Below the pieces are notes generated by a model. It was not told the DNA's origin. It searched no databases and saw only the letters and a program-made list of their open reading frames with translations. From NCBI GenBank assembly GCA_010093745.1, contig MU005988.1, positions 62,001 through 126,000 on the forward strand: DNA of 64,000 nt, read 5' to 3'. A program made the translations under genes and the position numbers. Source of the stretch: Piedraia hortae CBS 480.64 (taxonomy: Eukaryota). Positions 58,868 to 64,000 of this stretch are shown in pieces (within the stretch, counting starts at the first letter, position 1; each line of letters starts with the position of its first letter).

Positions 58868-61800
58868 TCACAAACGATCAAGACGCTCCCTCAACGATTC
58901 GTCCGCAGCGTTCCTGATTTTCATGCGATTCTTGATAGGCAGCGCGCCGTTGCGCCAGGCAGAGCACAAATGCTTCATCGCGAGTCCCTCTGCATCAACA
59001 TCTTCATCCCTGACCAACGCCACATAGTCATTAGCAAGCCTATCACGCACGTCGTGCGACGAGAGAAGCAGGTGATCGTAATATTGGATTAGATTCTTGA
59101 TCCCCGTGTTGTTCCGTCGCTGACGCCCGTCTTCCCAAGCCATCTGCCTGAACTCATGGTACATATGTGAGTTGAAGTTGCGGAGAAGAAAATGAGCCCA
59201 AAATTGGTAGAGAACGGCCATGTCGTAGGGGCAAGTATTGGCCGTCGCGCGGCTACGCTGTTCAAGCGCTTTGAGTCGAAGCGTCAGATAAGGCTCTGCA
59301 GTGTAAGACTCCAAGGACTCCGCGGGCGGTGCGGCGGTAGTTTCATCTTTCCTCCACTGTATGATGACATTCGGAGCACCATCGGCCCTGCCCACTGAAT
59401 TAGAGCCATCGGACTCTTGTTGATGGGCTGTCTTGGACTCGGCCCCATTCGACATGCCGGATTCCTGGCCAACAATATGGCCAATATCGCCAACGCCGTT
59501 GCGCGAATCGATCGAGCCGTTGGAGAAGGTACGCGCGCCTAGGCTTGGGGGCTGTTGCGCGTCATCACGGACGACCTTCACCACGACTGTCAAGTGATTT
59601 ACGTGTTCGTCGGGAAACGCATCCGGTTCGGAATCGGCCACCGATTGTGCCGCAGTGTTAAAGCCTTCCTGGGCTTCATGCGGTGACTTGGCGGCCTGGC
59701 TGCCCGCTTCTGTCCCGTTAACATGCGCACCGAGCGTCCCATCGAACATGTGTATAGGCATGGCGGCATACGATGCAAAGGCCTTGCCCGGCATGCCAGC
59801 AGACCAGCTCGCAGCTGGGCCACGAAGCTGTGGCGATTGGCCATAAGCCGATAAGCTAGGACGCTCCGGACGACGGTGTTCTTGCGGGCCCTCGTTTTGG
59901 GCACTGGGATCGCGTTGGTCAGCGGCCAGCACGAACTGCTTCCATCCATCTCGTCTCCGTAACCGTTCCTCCCCGTCCCCGCAAACCACAATCTCGATGG
60001 ATTCCGAGTTGAGGCAGCAGGCACGCAGAAGCTCCTTGTCCTGCGTCAGCTGCTTGATGCGGTTGAAGTTTGCAATCACATCCATGCTGACAAAGCCCTG
60101 GGAATCCATCTGCTTGCGTAGGAACATGTCTTTGAGTAAGTTGTCGATGGAGAAGTAATACTCAAGCTGAGTGCTGACCATTTCCATGAGGTACATGGGC
60201 TCGCCAAACGGGTTCATGGGAAATGCAGTCATGGCGAACCCATTGTAGTCGTACATTCCGGGCACGAACGCTTGCATTGGCGACATTTGCTGTCCGAAAT
60301 GATTGGAGAACATGGACATGGACTGTGGACGCGATTGCGTCCGAGACCATCCACGGCCTCCAAAAGCATGAGTATGGGTGCGCTGGAACGCCGTCGGAGA
60401 TGACGGCCCGTTGGGATACGCAGAAAAGTCGCCATTGGCATACGTCTGAGGATGGCCGTTGGCGAATTCGCGTGAGCCACCTCGGCCACGACCGCCGCGT
60501 TTTCCGCCCCTATGCGAGACTCCGGATTGGCCTTCCTTGTAGCCGTTTTCCATCCCTCGTGAGAGTCCCGCCCGGCCGGAATTCTCAGTGCCGTCGCCGC
60601 CGTCGCCGATAAACCCATGTCTTTCATCCGACCCCATACCATCGCCTCTGCGATCATCGGCATTTCGACTGTCAATCTTCTTGGTGAAGGGTCTGACCTC
60701 GGTGACAGATTTACCACGCGGGTTGCGATCAGAGCGCGTGTCCGCACCCTGTCTGGTGTAAGAATTCGCACTCGACGCACGCGCCGCGCCCGCTGCAGAA
60801 TCGCGATCGAATGTGTTCGAACGGCCGCGGGTAGAAACCCCCTCTTCTTCATGACCGGAACGAGCATTTGGTCCGCGATACATGCCACCGCGGCCTCTCA
60901 TGCCTCCACGTCCGCGGTCGCCCGAGCCGCGGGAGGAGATGCCGCGGATATTCTGTGTTTCGAAGACAACTGTGGGCACAACGACCATTGGCTGCCATTC
61001 CGTCTTCTTTGACTTCGTGGTCGACGTGGGAGTCGGTTCCTCCGTGTCCTTGGAGGACTCCTTTACCGCAGCTTCCTTGCGGTCTTTCTCTTGGGCTACG
61101 ACGGGGGTCGGCCACGACACATCGTCACGTACAGGAGGAGGCCCTGAAGCGTTGATGGAGCGGGTTTGGAGCGAGCCTTTCAAAGCCACGGCTGGAGATG
61201 GTTTGCTTGCAGCGGGCATCTGGTTCCGCTTGCGAGAATCTAGCGTCTGAACATCGCCAAACTCGCTGCTGGCCGAAGAAGCTTGTGTGCTCTGGCCTTC
61301 TGAGCGTGGTTTTACGTTCTCCTTGGCAGCCGATCCTTGCTTCGATCCTGGCTGCTGCGCGGCAAGTTTCGCCTTTTGCTCATTCATGCGCTTGTGCCAC
61401 GGATTTATTGCTGGAGGGGCCGCTGGTTTGGGCTCGTATCTACGCATGGTGGACGGCGGTGCAGGGGAGGTGGGCGGCTCGCTCTTGTCGCCCTTCGCCG
61501 TGGACGCTGCGTCGTCCGACACCGATTGACGCTCTTTGCGCGCGGCGATCCAAACAGGATCCGACGTCTGGGACTTGGTTTCCCACGTGCTTTCGGATAA
61601 TGACCCATTTGCAGCTGTTGAGGATTCATCGTCTTTGCATGTCGAGCTCACTGAGCCGGCGTTGTCGGGCGATAACGGACCAGAGGGGTTATGTTGGTCT
61701 TTTTCCCCCGGCTTGCCTCGGTCTGTGGCAGCATCGCCCTGCGCGCTTGCTTTATGCTCTGCCGACGGCTTCCTGGCAACGGCTGGCTTCGCCGGCGACG

Positions 61801-61975
61801 CTGCATCCGAGTCGTCGGCCCAGTTGTCTCCCTGGGGAGCTTCCAAAGCTGTCGGGGTCCCCGAGCTCGCGGCGTTCGTGGACGATTTGGGCGCAGAGGC
61901 CCGTGATGCTGTAGGATGACCTTTAGCCGCCTGTGCGTACGAGAAGCCACCAGTGGTAGCCCCTACTCCCGCCAT
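58868..61975 (-). CDS. La-related RNA-binding protein (LARP1/Sro9-like)
   Basis: La motif QLEYYFSIDNLLKDMFLRKQMDSQGFV..IANFNRIK; RGG tracts; DM15-like LYQFWAHFL..FN..MY.EF; likely start MAGVG at 61975. Confidence 0.88.
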   Translation of the reverse strand: MAGVGATTGGFSYAQAAKGHPTASRASAPKSSTNAASSGTPTALEAPQGDNWADDSDAASPAKPAVARKPSAEHKASAQGDAATDRGKPGEKDQHNPSGPLSPDNAGSVSSTCKDDESSTAANGSLSESTWETKSQTSDPVWIAARKERQSVSDDAASTAKGDKSEPPTSPAPPSTMRRYEPKPAAPPAINPWHKRMNEQKAKLAAQQPGSKQGSAAKENVKPRSEGQSTQASSASSEFGDVQTLDSRKRNQMPAASKPSPAVALKGSLQTRSINASGPPPVRDDVSWPTPVVAQEKDRKEAAVKESSKDTEEPTPTSTTKSKKTEWQPMVVVPTVVFETQNIRGISSRGSGDRGRGGMRGRGGMYRGPNARSGHEEEGVSTRGRSNTFDRDSAAGAARASSANSYTRQGADTRSDRNPRGKSVTEVRPFTKKIDSRNADDRRGDGMGSDERHGFIGDGGDGTENSGRAGLSRGMENGYKEGQSGVSHRGGKRGGRGRGGSREFANGHPQTYANGDFSAYPNGPSSPTAFQRTHTHAFGGRGWSRTQSRPQSMSMFSNHFGQQMSPMQAFVPGMYDYNGFAMTAFPMNPFGEPMYLMEMVSTQLEYYFSIDNLLKDMFLRKQMDSQGFVSMDVIANFNRIKQLTQDKELLRACCLNSESIEIVVCGDGEERLRRRDGWKQFVLAADQRDPSAQNEGPQEHRRPERPSLSAYGQSPQLRGPAASWSAGMPGKAFASYAAMPIHMFDGTLGAHVNGTEAGSQAAKSPHEAQEGFNTAAQSVADSEPDAFPDEHVNHLTVVVKVVRDDAQQPPSLGARTFSNGSIDSRNGVGDIGHIVGQESGMSNGAESKTAHQQESDGSNSVGRADGAPNVIIQWRKDETTAAPPAESLESYTAEPYLTLRLKALEQRSRATANTCPYDMAVLYQFWAHFLLRNFNSHMYHEFRQMAWEDGRQRRNNTGIKNLIQYYDHLLLSSHDVRDRLANDYVALVRDEDVDAEGLAMKHLCSAWRNGALPIKNRMKIRNAADESLRERLDRL

Positions 61976-62810
61976 TTGGATCCGAAAAACCGCAGTGGAA
62001 GCTGCCGCTTGTCGAACGCCCGATCGGGCCTCGGTCTGAGGTGCGCGCAACCGCTGGTAGGGGGACAGTGTACAGTTACTGCCGCGCCTCCTGGCGGAAT
62101 GCGCAGGTTAGTCGCTGAATAAGATGCGCGGAGACAGTGCTAGCAACCGCCGTGTTGCGCACGACGACGAGCGAGAGACGTGCTGGTCACCGGTCGCGAT
62201 CGCGTGGCGGTGAGAGGTGATGCTGTTGGAAAATACTGGATGCGTTAGCACAGTCAAGCCAAGTGATTTAGCGACAAAAGCCAGAGGAGCGGAGCGGGCA
62301 ATATACCTAAAGCCGAGCGTGCAGTGAGCGAGGCAGCGTGTACTTCCACGTCGAGAGCTGTGTGCAGCGGCGGAAGCCTGTGGCAGAAAAGGATGAGTGC
62401 CAAGAAAAAAGCGTGGTTTGCTTCGGATCCCGAACCCGTGGGATTTCCCGGTAGCGCACGGAGCTCCCGCCAAAATTCTGCAAGAATGAGTGCGGCGGGG
62501 TTCGATGTGAGTGAGCAGGCCTTGTCCGTCGGCGCAACAGGCGCGGTGGTCACCACTGGGCTGGCGGACGAGAGAGCGGTAGCAAGGAGAATGCAGCGAG
62601 TTTGAGAGGGGTCGAGGGAGGGGGTTTGTGGTTGGAGGTTTTGTGTGGAGGTGGAGGAGAGAAAGTGCGGCGTCGGGGAAAGATTTGCGTCACTCGGCTT
62701 TCTCCTTGAGGCCGCGCTAAAATTTTTAACGTCCGCACCCACCGCACACCCAACTATATATGATGCTACATTACATTAACTCGTAACCCAACTAGTCTCG
62801 TTAATCAAGA

Positions 62811-64000
62811 CTATTTAGCGTAGTCCCCTGCCGTGGTTGTTGTGTATTTGTCGTCGCGGCCCTCGGACGACACCCGAGTCGATCCCGCTGCCTCACCGCT
62901 CCCATTCGGCTCGAAAATGTTCGAGTCAGCAGGTGCGAAGAGGGGGCCAGGGAAAGTTCTGTAGTCCATGGGTGCGTAAAAGGGCCCAATGAAATCTCTG
63001 TAGCGAATTGGGGCATACAGTGGACCGGTGGAAGCCCCGTAGTCAGCCGGTGCATGAACAAGCCTTCCATCCCACCGCCATTGAGCGAGTTTCGCCTGGA
63101 TTCTGGCCATCAACTTGACCGTCTTCGTGAGAGAGCGACCGTACTGAAAGGCAAGTAAGCAGAAGCAGCGCACCAGCACAGCTGCAATGAACTGCTGTGC
63201 CTCTAGGTCCTCGCCCTCTCCTGGTCCTGCTGCAGCGCCAGCTACTAGGCATATCCAGAGCAGCACGCCGGTGAGCTTTCCCCAGCAATCAGTCATATCG
63301 GTCCGTTTCAGTGCGTCTCGAATCTTAACATGTGCAGTAGTGTGTGCGTCTCCCTCGTCCTGCAACCGTATAAGTGCAGCCGCTCTCGAGAAGGGTACTT
63401 TGTTGGCCAGGGCATACGCATAGACGTTTGCTGCCAGACGAACAGCTTCGTAGGTGTAGCGCTCCCTAGGGTCTGAAAAGTCAAGGTCGTCGCATGGGGG
63501 AGCTGTGAAGATGTCATGAGAAATGGAGTCGATCTCTCCTTGCAAAGAAGAGCTCTCTGACGACGGGCTCAACTGCTGACAGAATGAGTTTGTGAGCCTC
63601 CGGCAATGCTCAAGTAGCTGGTAGAGCCGTCCACGCGGTTGCAGAGTCTTTGCAACAAGATCATACCCCGTAATTGGGTAGCAAAGGGGTGACTCGGGCA
63701 GCTGAGGCTCCAGTCTGAGAGTTTGGCAAACGCGTTGGGCATGTTGCATAACCTGACCGTCCGGGAAGTCTTCGAGCAAAGTTGCAATCATGAACACCAT
63801 GCTGGCGCCAGGTTAGTGTACGCGGGCTCAGAAACCGTTCCAGCCCACTTACCAAGTGGCGACCACGGCTATGGATCCATTGGCACCCAGACGCTGCAGT
63901 CCTCCCCTTTGCTGGATCAATTTGAGCAACCCGTTCCGATGCACCAGGATCGCACGTTCATCGCAGCTCATGATTTCCGATGCGAGAAGATGAATCACCG
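62811..64000 (-). CDS. Fungal transcription-factor-like protein, C-terminal part (5' end outside window)
   Basis: HRNGLLKLIQQRGGL, an intron near 63810-63850, YEAVRLAA, GVLLWICLVAGAAA. Confidence 0.6.

Noticed and set aside
1..64000. tRNA, 5S rRNA or snoRNA genes
   Set aside because: The GGTTCGA-like hits inspected lacked cloverleaf context; none could be supported by eye (tRNAscan-SE or Infernal would be decisive).

Overview
Eukaryotic DNA from a compact filamentous-ascomycete genome (short GT..AG introns with CTRAC-type branch sites, short intergenic spacers; a Dothideomycete-like origin is an inference). Gene-dense core blocks carry EMW1/TTC27, an Mme1-like carrier, GLN4, a macro-domain protein, a GFA protein, a thiolase-like protein, MED21, RRG7, EGT2, a TBC Rab-GAP, an Mms1/DDB1-like propeller, HIR1, a P450, a U1-type Zn finger, an amino acid permease, TMA20, a LARP1-like protein and a partial transcription-factor-like gene. 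These blocks alternate with accessory islands (~6.7-8.4 kb, ~26.3-37.7 kb, ~44.3-48.9 kb, ~50.9-57.7 kb). The islands hold (i) a ~144-bp TGTT..AACA solo-LTR-like family in three copies, (ii) a tiny AGTT..AACT element with 5-bp target duplications, one copy nested in an LTR and one 3 nt upstream of the P450 start codon, (iii) an L1/Tx1-type LINE endonuclease relic split by a TSD-flanked insertion, (iv) a decayed CMC/Plavaka-related transposase, and (v) highly divergent copies of core interaction domains: an intact, spliced importin-alpha paralogue lacking IBB and the NLS-binding W/N residues, a stand-alone eIF4G MIF4G pseudogene, and F-box/LRR, BTB and bZIP genes. An intronless secreted protein with bacterial-looking motifs borders the largest island. 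All product calls come from motif recognition by eye; no searches were run.
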